From assembly GCA_013540605.1 (NCBI GenBank), contig JABVCK010000029.1, forward strand, positions 257,022-321,021: a stretch of 64,000 nucleotides of DNA, in the 5' to 3' direction. Position numbers and translations under genes: made by a program. Below, one piece after another: positions 56,236 through 64,000 of this stretch (its first letter is position 1; each line of letters starts with the position of its first letter). The notes beneath the pieces were generated by a model that was not told the origin of the DNA, made no database searches, and saw nothing but the letters and a program-made list of their open reading frames with translations. This DNA comes from Bacillota bacterium. Lineage in GTDB: Bacteria; Bacillota; Clostridia; Ch29.

Positions 56236-57213
56236 ATGTTTGTCATTACAAGAAGGAAGGGGACCTATGTGAAAAAAGCACCGGATCGGAATGTAACGGT
56301 AATTGTTCAGCTTTTTCTATGCAGCCTATTCTGGGGGACCTCCTTTGCAGCTGCAAAGATAGGCCTCAGACAGCTTGAACCGATTAATATGGTGGCGCTG
56401 AGGTTTTTGATAGCGTCTACGGCGTTTTTACTCTTGTTCAGGCGTTTTGAAAAAAGCAAGCTAAGAATTCCTTTAAAGGATATTCCAGTGTTTTTGTTCC
56501 TCGGTTTCCTGGGGATATCCTCATATTTTATACTGCAGTATTCTGCATTAAAAACCACCACTACGATTAATACATCTATTATTATTGCAACATCCCCGAT
56601 AATCACCACCCTTCTTGCCGCTAAATTTGCCGGAGAGCCCCTGTCCGCCAGGAAGATTGGCGGGATAGCCCTGGCTTTTGCAGGAGTTTATACGATAATA
56701 ACGGGAGGCACACTGATACCGGGTTTTAACTCTGATACCTATAAGGGTGATTTGATGATATTGTTGAACTCTTTCATGTGGGCTGCTTTTACTTTGATAG
56801 GAAAGCGGATCATGGAGAAGTATGAATCTATCGTTGCAATAGGATATATTACCATTTTTGGGACACTGCAGCTTCTGCCTTTCGTTTTTTTTCCGTCATT
56901 TCTTTCGGAGCATTCACTGCTGCAAGTACTGCCCCACTTGGGAATTCAGACCCTGATGGCCGCCTCGTACCTGGCGCTTATATGCACTCTATACGCTTAC
57001 AGCGCATGGTACAAGGCAATTAGTATAATCGGCGCTTCAAGGACTTCAGTATTTTTGTACCTTAATCCTATATTCGCGATACTGACGGGGATCCTGCTGC
57101 TTCATGAGCCCTTTACGTTATCACTATTCATCGGTGCATCAGCAGCTTTTTCCGGCGTATACCTTGCCGCTGTACAAAAAGACAGGCGGCAAAAAACAGT
57201 AAGCGCCGGATAG
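56236..57213 (+). CDS. DMT-superfamily (EamA-like) transporter
   Basis: 10-TM protein with duplicated EamA domains. The start may be an internal GTG near 56269. Confidence 0.75.
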   Translation: MFVITRRKGTYVKKAPDRNVTVIVQLFLCSLFWGTSFAAAKIGLRQLEPINMVALRFLIASTAFLLLFRRFEKSKLRIPLKDIPVFLFLGFLGISSYFILQYSALKTTTTINTSIIIATSPIITTLLAAKFAGEPLSARKIGGIALAFAGVYTIITGGTLIPGFNSDTYKGDLMILLNSFMWAAFTLIGKRIMEKYESIVAIGYITIFGTLQLLPFVFFPSFLSEHSLLQVLPHLGIQTLMAASYLALICTLYAYSAWYKAISIIGASRTSVFLYLNPIFAILTGILLLHEPFTLSLFIGASAAFSGVYLAAVQKDRRQKTVSAG

Positions 57214-57247
57214 ATAATATTTATCAACAGAATAGGGAGGGATTACC

Positions 57248-57643
57248 ATGCTGCACTTTCGGAGATTAAGACCGGGGGAGGAAATCGGTGAAATAGCAGA
57301 AAAAGCAAGACTGGGTCTGGGAGAAGATGAAATGGTTATGCTGGCCTTTGACGACGGTGAGTTGGTAGGGATTTGCAGCTTGACGATTAAGGCTGACACA
57401 GCCTGGTTGAACTCTTTGTATATATGTGAAGAAAAGAGGAAACAGGGCATAGGCACCGGACTGCTGAAGAGCATTTTATTTGCAGCAAAGAACAAGGGTG
57501 CAGCGATTGCAAAGATTACAGAGCATAGAGAGCTTACAGGTTTTCTGCTCAAAATGGGCTTTTGCCGGGATACGGGTATGGAAGGCATACTGCAGGCCGA
57601 CCTGGACGGATATTTCAAATGCTGCAATAATGCTTTGAAATAG
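57248..57643 (+). CDS. GNAT-family N-acetyltransferase
   Basis: Acetyl-CoA binding segment RKQGIGTGLLKS. The product is 131 aa. Confidence 0.7.
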   Translation: MLHFRRLRPGEEIGEIAEKARLGLGEDEMVMLAFDDGELVGICSLTIKADTAWLNSLYICEEKRKQGIGTGLLKSILFAAKNKGAAIAKITEHRELTGFLLKMGFCRDTGMEGILQADLDGYFKCCNNALK

Positions 57644-57692
57644 GGGAGAATAACTAATATAATAAAACATGAACTTTACACATTAGAAGGAG

Positions 57693-58529
57693 ATGAAGAA
57701 TTTGGAATTATGGTACACTGAAAAACAGACAAAGGATGTTGGCATCACATGTAAGGTAAAGCAAACGCTTCATGTGGAAAAAAGCAAGTTTCAGGATATC
57801 GCCCTGATCGATACGGAGCAATATGGAAGGATGCTGGTTCTTGACGGCACTGTTCAGACAACAATAGAGGACGAATTCGTATACCATGAGATGATAACTC
57901 ACGTACCGCTGTTTTCTCATCCTGACCCCAGGAAGGTAGTTGTCGTTGGGGGCGGCGACGGTGGAGCAATACGCGAAATCCTTAAGCATCCCGGCGTTGA
58001 GAAGGCATACCTTGTGGAGATTGATGATAGAGTGGTTGAAGTTTCAAAGAGATTTCTTCCGGAGATAAGCGTTGCCCTGAACGACAAGAGGGCTGAGGTG
58101 AGGATCGAGGATGGAATAAAGTTTATTAAAGAAAACAGGAACCAATTCGATGTGATTATAGTAGATTCAACGGACCCTGTCGGCCCTGCCGTCGGGCTCT
58201 TTGTTAAGGACTTTTACCAGTCCATTTTCGACTCGCTGAAGGAAGACGGCATATTTGTCGCCCAGACCGAATCGCCCTTTTACAACAAGGATCTGATTTC
58301 ACGGGTTTATAGGGATATAAGTTCAATATTCCCTGTTACAAAGCTGTATGTATGTTCCATACCGACCTACCCGAGCGGGTACTGGGCCTTTACAATGGGG
58401 TCCAAAAAATTCAACCCGCTGGAAATCCCCGAAGGAAGAATTAAGGACCTTGGAACCAAGTATTACAACGCCGACGTTCATAAAGCCGCCTTTGTCCTGC
58501 CTAACTTTGTAAAACAACTCTTGGAATAG
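57693..58529 (+). CDS. speE: Spermidine synthase
   Basis: [13 protein letters not shown] and DSTDPVGPA motifs. The product is 278 aa. Confidence 0.9.
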   Translation: MKNLELWYTEKQTKDVGITCKVKQTLHVEKSKFQDIALIDTEQYGRMLVLDGTVQTTIEDEFVYHEMITHVPLFSHPDPRKVVVVGGGDGGAIREILKHPGVEKAYLVEIDDRVVEVSKRFLPEISVALNDKRAEVRIEDGIKFIKENRNQFDVIIVDSTDPVGPAVGLFVKDFYQSIFDSLKEDGIFVAQTESPFYNKDLISRVYRDISSIFPVTKLYVCSIPTYPSGYWAFTMGSKKFNPLEIPEGRIKDLGTKYYNADVHKAAFVLPNFVKQLLE

Positions 58530-58536
58530 GAGAGCA

Positions 58537-59415
58537 ATGGCTATGGATACTATCAAGGGTAAACCCGGCTTAATAAATGTGTTTTTGGAAAGCGGCAGGG
58601 ACTATAGTGGATCCAGTGCGGTAATAATAGGGGCACCGATGGATTTCACGGTGAGTTTCAGGGCAGGGTCCCGGTTCGGGCCAAATGCAATCCGAGAGAT
58701 GTCATGGGTACTGGAGAATTACAGCCCGTATATGGACAGGGACTTGAGCAACATGAATATTTTTGATTACGGGGATCTGGAACTGGCCTTCGGCAACCCG
58801 GAGAGGTCCCTATCAATAATTAAGAACGCTGCAGCAGAAGTTTTCAATGATGGTAAATTTCCTGTATTTTTGGGGGGAGAACACCTGATAAGCCTTCCGG
58901 TAATCGAGGCGGCCTTTGAAAAATACGGAGGCGATCTGGTACTGCTTCATTTTGATGCCCATGCAGACCTGCGGGAGGATTACGCAGGGGAAAGCCTTTC
59001 CCATGCCACTGTTATCCGACAGTGCAGCAGGTTTATCAAGCCAGAGAATATTTATCAGTTCGGCATAAGGTCGGGTACCGGCGACGAGTTCACCTGGGGC
59101 CGTGAAAACACCAATTTTTACCCCTTTGAAATAGTTGAACCGTTAAAGAAGGTGCTTCCTGAGATAAAGAATAAACCCGTGTACATAACCCTGGATATAG
59201 ATGTTGTAGACCCGGCCTTCGCCCCCGGTACCGGCACTCCTGAGCCGGGAGGATGTTCGGCGGCGGATATGCTCAAGGCCGTTCACCTGTTAGCGGATTG
59301 CGACGTTAAAGGATTTGACCTGGTAGAGGTTATGCCGGACAGCGATCCGGCAGGGATAACCGGCGCGCTGGCTGCAAAAATAGTCAGGGAAGGCCTGCTT
59401 TCGTTCGTCAAGTAA
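58537..59415 (+). CDS. speB: Agmatinase (ureohydrolase family)
   Basis: HFDAHADLR, SxDxDxxDP (TLDIDVVDPA) and GGxS motifs. speE-speB operon. Confidence 0.88.
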   Translation: MAMDTIKGKPGLINVFLESGRDYSGSSAVIIGAPMDFTVSFRAGSRFGPNAIREMSWVLENYSPYMDRDLSNMNIFDYGDLELAFGNPERSLSIIKNAAAEVFNDGKFPVFLGGEHLISLPVIEAAFEKYGGDLVLLHFDAHADLREDYAGESLSHATVIRQCSRFIKPENIYQFGIRSGTGDEFTWGRENTNFYPFEIVEPLKKVLPEIKNKPVYITLDIDVVDPAFAPGTGTPEPGGCSAADMLKAVHLLADCDVKGFDLVEVMPDSDPAGITGALAAKIVREGLLSFVK

Positions 59416-59416
59416 T

Positions 59417-59604
59417 CAGAGCAGTGGCCAGTGATCAGTGACTAGTGGTCAGTCATCGGTTGACAGATGACAGATGTCAGGGCAAGGCTATAGGGGGTAA
59501 AAATCCAAAGGCCTACCCGGACACCTGTGAACTGTGATCTGTGATCTACGAACTACGAACTATAATCTAACACCTAGTACCTAGCACCTGTAATCTGTTA
59601 TCCT
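59417..59604. repeat. Composite heptamer-repeat element, copy D, in the same orientation as copy B
   Basis: The first block reads CAGTGGC CAGTGAT CAGTGAC TAGTGGT CAGTCAT ... CAGATGA CAGATGT. A spacer follows. The second block reads ...CTGTGAACTGTGATCTGTGATCTACGAACTACGAAC...CACCTAGTACCTAGCACCTG. It fills the speB-ytqB gap. Confidence 0.7.
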
Positions 59605-59615
59605 AAAACAGGAGA

Positions 59616-60191
59616 ATGATAGATATGCTGGATGTTAAAGAACTGGCAAAGTGCATAATCGAAAAGGCCGTAAGACCCGGGGATAAAGCAATAGACGCCA
59701 CGGTGGGAAAGGGGTATGATACTGCCTTTCTCGCAGGTCTCGTCGGAGAAAGGGGCTGTGTATACGGCTTTGACATACAGGAGGAAGCCCTCTGCAAGGC
59801 AAAGGAATACCTTGCGTCCGTCGGGCTGGATAGAGAAGTAATACTAATACAGGACGGACACCAGCATATGAATAAGCATGTACATGAAAAAGTACGGGCA
59901 GTTATGTTTAATCTGGGGTATCTTCCTGGGGGCAATCATGAAATAAAGACAAAAGCGGACACTACGATCACCGCCTTGGAAAAATCTTTGGATCTGTTGT
60001 TGCCGGGCGGTTTGATAACGATTGCATCCTATACCGGCCATCCGGGAGGTGAAGAGGAAAAGAACGTCCTTAAACAATATGTAACTAACCTAAGCTCTTC
60101 TATGTACAAATGCGTTGCTATAGAAGCCCTGAACCAGGGCAACAGCCCTCCGGTACTGTTTGTAGTTGAGAAGAAAGGGACAGGGAAATAA
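59616..60191 (+). CDS. ytqB: YtqB-like SAM-dependent putative rRNA/tRNA methyltransferase
   Basis: Collinear with B. subtilis YtqB: DKAIDATVGKGYDTAFLAGLVGERGCVYGFDIQEEA ... VMFNLGYLPGG. Confidence 0.8.
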   Translation: MIDMLDVKELAKCIIEKAVRPGDKAIDATVGKGYDTAFLAGLVGERGCVYGFDIQEEALCKAKEYLASVGLDREVILIQDGHQHMNKHVHEKVRAVMFNLGYLPGGNHEIKTKADTTITALEKSLDLLLPGGLITIASYTGHPGGEEEKNVLKQYVTNLSSSMYKCVAIEALNQGNSPPVLFVVEKKGTGK

Positions 60192-60362
60192 ATCCTACAA
60201 ACCCCTACACAATCCTATTTTGACACCGTTGCCCCCTAAATATTATAATTAAACTATAGATATTTCCATATATGCGGATTTTGGCAAGCGGGATTCGGTA
60301 ATACCGCATCTGTGATTGCCCATCTGCATATAAATATAAGGAAATATAAAAAAGGGGGAATT

Positions 60363-61601
60363 ATATTGAAAAGTATGAAGCTTACAACCAAAATCCTTAT
60401 CGGATTGATTGCAGGTATCGTTGTAGGTCTTTTGCTTGGAGGTAATCCTGGAGTAGCCGACAGCTACATCAAACCCTTTGGAACCTTGTTCCTGAGAATG
60501 ATTAAATTGATAATCGTTCCTCTAGTGCTGTCCTCATTGGTGGTAGGCGCTGCCAGCATGGGTGATGTGAAAAAGCTGGGGAGAATCGGGGGCAAGACAA
60601 TCGCTTACTATTTAATAACCACTGCAATAGCGGTAATAATCGGACTTATACTTGGTAATCTGATAGTTCCCGGTGCAGGCTTGAGCATACCGGTTGATGC
60701 TACGGTTCAGGCACAGGCTGCGCCAAAGGTTGTGGACACCCTGTTGAATATTATACCGGATAATCCATTATCTTCTTTGGTACAGGGTAATATGCTACAG
60801 ATAATTGCCTTTGCGTTGTTCCTGGGCATAGGCATCACGCTTGTAGGGGAGAAAGGAAAGCCATTTCTCAGCTTTTTTGACAGCATGGCAGAGGTCATGT
60901 ACAAGATAACAGCTGTGGTCATGTCCTACGCACCCATCGGGGTATTCGCCCTGATTACACCGGTAGTAGCAGCTAACGGACCTACTGTTCTGCTGCCCTT
61001 GGCTAAGGTTATTGCGGCGGTGTACATTGGATGTATCCTGCATGCAGCCATTATGTACTCCTCTATGGTAAAGGCCTTTGCGAAGATGAATCCTATCACA
61101 TTCTTTAAGGGAGCCTTACCGGCCAGCACGGTTGCATTTAGTACCTGCAGCAGTTCGGGAACCCTGCCGGTGACATTAAAGTGCGCCCAGGAAAACCTCG
61201 GGGTATCCGAAAGCGTTTCCAGCTTTGTGCTGCCGCTGGGCGCCACGATAAACATGGACGGTACAGCACTGTACCAGGGTGTATGTGCGCTGTTTGTAGC
61301 TCAGGTATACGGCCTTGAGCTATCATTAGCTCAGCAGTTGACAATCGTGCTGACTGCTACCCTGGCTTCGATAGGAACAGCCGGGGTACCCGGCGCCGGC
61401 TTCATAATGCTGACAATGGTACTCCAGGCGGTTGGACTGCCCCTGGAAGGGTCGGTTCTGATAGCGGGAATTGACCGGGTGCTTGATATGGCGCGAACTT
61501 CGATTAACGTTACGGGAGACATTTCAGCTGCGGTCGTAATAGCCGCCACCGAAAATGAATTAAGTACGCCCCAGGATGCGAAGCAGACGATCAGTGCCTG
61601 A
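60363..61601 (+). CDS. Dicarboxylate/amino-acid:cation symporter (DAACS; GltP/SstT-like)
   Basis: Typical DAACS helices and re-entrant loops (GTLPVTLKCAQE...; ...TAGVPGAG). TTG start 7 nt after GGGGG. An ATG at 60375 is the alternative. Confidence 0.85.
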   Translation: MLKSMKLTTKILIGLIAGIVVGLLLGGNPGVADSYIKPFGTLFLRMIKLIIVPLVLSSLVVGAASMGDVKKLGRIGGKTIAYYLITTAIAVIIGLILGNLIVPGAGLSIPVDATVQAQAAPKVVDTLLNIIPDNPLSSLVQGNMLQIIAFALFLGIGITLVGEKGKPFLSFFDSMAEVMYKITAVVMSYAPIGVFALITPVVAANGPTVLLPLAKVIAAVYIGCILHAAIMYSSMVKAFAKMNPITFFKGALPASTVAFSTCSSSGTLPVTLKCAQENLGVSESVSSFVLPLGATINMDGTALYQGVCALFVAQVYGLELSLAQQLTIVLTATLASIGTAGVPGAGFIMLTMVLQAVGLPLEGSVLIAGIDRVLDMARTSINVTGDISAAVVIAATENELSTPQDAKQTISA

Positions 61602-61675
61602 TTTTGGACGGCAAATTATAGTATCTGAAGAAGCCCGAGCATTCGGGCTTCTTATTTATAAAGGAGAGTGTTCGT

Positions 61676-62362
61676 ATGGCAAAGACCGTTGGGGTGATAG
61701 GCGGTATGGGACCCATGGCCACCCTGGATTTTTACCGCAAGATTATAAAAAATACCAAGGCGGACAGTGATCAGGGACATATACATGTGCTTATCGACAG
61801 CAATCCAAAGATACCGGATAGAACGGCATTTATTCTTGGCAAGGGAGAAAGCCCTTTGGATGAAATCGTGGCATCCGCTGTAAGACTTCAAGCAGCGGGA
61901 TGTGACTTGCTGGCGATGCCGTGCAATACCGCCCACTATTTCTATGACGATATCGTTGAGCATATCGGTATTCCGCTGATTAACATGGTGGAAGAGGTTG
62001 CCGGACATGTGTCGGCATGTTATGGAAAGGCGGCGAAAATTGGGCTGCTTGCTACTATAGGAACATATGAAGCAGGAGTTTATGAAAAGTATTTTAAGAA
62101 ATATGATATTGATATTATTGTCCCGGATGATACCGGAAAACGTGAGGTTTTCAGTGCAATATACGGGGTGAAAAATGGCGCGGGAGACGTTCCGGTTGAC
62201 GGAGTCTGTGATGTGGTAAACAGTTTAGTTCAAAATGGGGTTGATGGCATTGTACTGGGATGTACAGAGCTTCCTCTTCTTGTTGAAAAATTTCCTTCGG
62301 GAATCCGATATATCGATGCAACTGAAATTCTTGCATTGAAAGTAATACAAATGTCTTGTTGA
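61676..62362 (+). CDS. Aspartate/glutamate racemase family protein
   Basis: GVIGGMGPMAT and PCNTAHYF motifs with two conserved Cys/Thr catalytic sites. Confidence 0.8.
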   Translation: MAKTVGVIGGMGPMATLDFYRKIIKNTKADSDQGHIHVLIDSNPKIPDRTAFILGKGESPLDEIVASAVRLQAAGCDLLAMPCNTAHYFYDDIVEHIGIPLINMVEEVAGHVSACYGKAAKIGLLATIGTYEAGVYEKYFKKYDIDIIVPDDTGKREVFSAIYGVKNGAGDVPVDGVCDVVNSLVQNGVDGIVLGCTELPLLVEKFPSGIRYIDATEILALKVIQMSC

Positions 62363-62370
62363 AAAGAAAA

Positions 62371-62410
62371 GGTGTGTCCCCTTACATTAAAAACTAATTT
62401 GTGGTAGAAT
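62371..62410 (+). promoter_or_regulatory. 20-nt motif GGTGTGTCCCCTTACATTAA (identical to 48092-48111) overlapping the -35 region of an extended -10 promoter TGgTAGAAT
   Basis: The motif is at 62371-62390 and the -10 TAGAAT is at 62405-62410. Confidence 0.4.
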
Positions 62411-62466
62411 TATGTCGTTATATTAAATAGCCAAGGTAAATAAACAAGAGGAGGTAATTCAGGTAA

Positions 62467-63864
62467 ATGACCAGAGTAAAGATTACAGAAACCATATTCA
62501 GAGATGCGCACCAATCACTCATTGCCACCAGGATGACAACAGACGAAATGCTGCCGATAGCAGAAAAGATTGATAAGATAGGATACCATTCGATAGAGAT
62601 GTGGGGAGGAGCGACGTTTGACGCCAGCCTTAGATTTTTAAACGAGGACCCCTGGGAACGGCTTAGAAAAATCAAGAACAAAATGAAGAATACTCCCCTT
62701 CAGATGCTGTTAAGGGGTCAGAATATACTTGGATATAAGCATTATGCCGATGATGTTGTTGAAGAATTTGTAAAGCGGGCAATCTATAATGGTATAGACA
62801 TAGTCAGGATATTTGACGCCTTGAACGATGTGAGGAACCTGCAGAAGGCCATGGAGGTTACCGTAAAGGAAGGCGCCCATGCCCAGGGAGCAATAAGCTA
62901 CACAATCAGCCCGGTTCACACCACAGAGGTTTATGTGAAGCTAGCAAAAGAGATGGTGGAGATGGGGGCCGGATCAATATGCATCAAGGATATGTCAGGA
63001 CTATTAACCCCGTATTACGCCTTTGAACTGGTAAAAGCTTTGAAGGAAGCGGTTACAGTGCCGATACAACTGCATTCCCACTGTACAAGCGGGCTGGCGC
63101 CAATGACATATATTAAAGCTATAGAAGCCGGAGTGGATGTTGTGGACACTTCACTTTCACCCTTTGGTTCCGGGACGGCGCAGCCTCCTACAGAACCCCT
63201 TGTAGCTGCTTTGCAGGGTACTCCCAACGACACCGGATTGGATATGAACCTCCTCAACGAGATTGCAGAGTATTTCAAGCCGATAAAAGAAAAATACATA
63301 GATAACGGCATGCTGAATCCGAAGGTGCTGTCAGTAGACATAAACACACTGGTATACCAGGTACCCGGAGGAATGCTGTCCAATCTGGTCTCACAGCTGA
63401 AAATGCAGAACGCTCTTGATAAATACGATGAGGTGTTGAATGAAATTCCCAAGGTAAGGGAAGACCTGGGTTATCCACCGCTGGTTACACCCACCAGTCA
63501 GATAGTGGGAACCCAGGCGGTTATGAACGTATTGAGCGGAGAAAGATATAAAATGATACCCGTCGAAGTTAAGAACTATGTCAAGGGGCTTTACGGGAGG
63601 CCGACCGTGCCGATAGCAGAGGACATCAAAAAGAAGATTATCGGGGATGAAGAGGTAATAGACCACAGGCCCGCGGATGATATCCCACCGCAGCTTGAGG
63701 AACTGAGAAACGAGATTAAAGAATATATTGAACAGGAAGAAGATGTTTTATCCTACGCATTGTTCCCGCAGGTAGCAATAAAGTATTTTGAGTACAGGCG
63801 GGCGCAGAAATACAAGATAGACAGCGAACTGGTAAATCTTCAGGACAGGACACATCCCGTATAA
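62467..63864 (+). CDS. Oxaloacetate decarboxylase alpha / pyruvate carboxylase subunit-B-type carboxyltransferase (5S-like) without a biotinyl domain
   Basis: TIM-barrel carboxyltransferase motifs (FRDAHQSL, metal-binding HxH region) are present. At 465 aa it ends before any biotin-carrier AMKM motif. Confidence 0.85.
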   Translation: MTRVKITETIFRDAHQSLIATRMTTDEMLPIAEKIDKIGYHSIEMWGGATFDASLRFLNEDPWERLRKIKNKMKNTPLQMLLRGQNILGYKHYADDVVEEFVKRAIYNGIDIVRIFDALNDVRNLQKAMEVTVKEGAHAQGAISYTISPVHTTEVYVKLAKEMVEMGAGSICIKDMSGLLTPYYAFELVKALKEAVTVPIQLHSHCTSGLAPMTYIKAIEAGVDVVDTSLSPFGSGTAQPPTEPLVAALQGTPNDTGLDMNLLNEIAEYFKPIKEKYIDNGMLNPKVLSVDINTLVYQVPGGMLSNLVSQLKMQNALDKYDEVLNEIPKVREDLGYPPLVTPTSQIVGTQAVMNVLSGERYKMIPVEVKNYVKGLYGRPTVPIAEDIKKKIIGDEEVIDHRPADDIPPQLEELRNEIKEYIEQEEDVLSYALFPQVAIKYFEYRRAQKYKIDSELVNLQDRTHPV

Positions 63865-63873
63865 GGCAAACTA

Positions 63874-63900
63874 ACCCCGGTGCCATGGCACCGGGGTTAT
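63874..63900. terminator. Bidirectional terminator
   Basis: CCCCGGTGCC-atg-GCACCGGGG. Confidence 0.7.
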
Positions 63901-63908
63901 GACTGCAC

Positions 63909-64000
63909 TCTAGCAGCTCTCGTGCAGATAAACCTTGTTCACCCTGTTGGTGATGTATTTGATTATCTTGGCTCCGCTGCCCGGCTGTATTCTGCTGCCG
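63909..64000 (-). CDS. 3' end of an unidentified minus-strand gene, continuing beyond the window
   Basis: Open frame on the minus strand ending ...GAKIIKYITNRVNKVYLHESC*. Confidence 0.25.

Noticed and set aside
14466-62410. Recurring TGgTAGAAT sequence (14467-14477, 46041-46049, 62400-62410) as a special regulatory motif
   Set aside because: It is adequately explained as an extended -10 of ordinary sigma-A promoters, each with a plausible -35 at 16-17 bp.
1-64000. rRNA, tRNA, tmRNA, RNase P or CRISPR genes
   Set aside because: No candidate structured-RNA regions of appropriate length were seen. Every intergenic gap is accounted for by leaders, terminators, repeats or IS ends.

Overview
This 64-kb window is chromosomal DNA from an endospore-forming Firmicute, probably a Clostridia-type organism. 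Almost every gene is on the + strand and codon usage is moderately AT-rich (GC not computed). No rRNA, tRNA or CRISPR was seen.

The backbone is a conserved housekeeping and sporulation neighbourhood: tlyA(partial)-nadK-argR-recN-spoIVB-spo0A | valS (T-box) | alaX-like | BMP-family nucleoside ABC transporter | glnS | dppA | steA-mctB-GT2-GT4-DUF3866-nudF-spoIIM-ald-xerD-deoB-pdp-dacF-cca-M50 protease-trpS-scpA-scpB-ytfI-ytfJ-dacB | flavoprotein pair-rluB-DMT-GNAT-speE-speB-ytqB | Na+/dicarboxylate symporter-Asp/Glu racemase-carboxyltransferase.

Between spo0A and valS, at about 6.3-14.3 kb, the backbone is interrupted by an IS-scarred accessory patch. It holds a truncated DDE transposase, a truncated and frameshifted pgsB/capB remnant, and two convergent PghP-type poly-gamma-glutamate hydrolase paralogues, one of which has lost conserved active-site residues. 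It also holds a Nudix-HAD fusion enzyme and an intact roughly 2-kb IS1634-family element flanked by perfect 94-bp direct repeats, inserted into a small membrane-protein gene.

Other unusual features:
- A dispersed family of composite heptamer-repeat elements completely fills four intergenic gaps; two copies in inverted orientation bracket xerD.
- trpS has a structured leader that is not a T-box, with nested inverted repeats and an anti-SD. It shares a 20-nt identical motif with a distant promoter.
- A PyrK-like/GidA-like flavoprotein pair replaces the spmAB position and carries a Cys-rich N-terminal extension.
- There are several perfect palindromes and a multiply frameshifted alpha/beta-hydrolase pseudogene.
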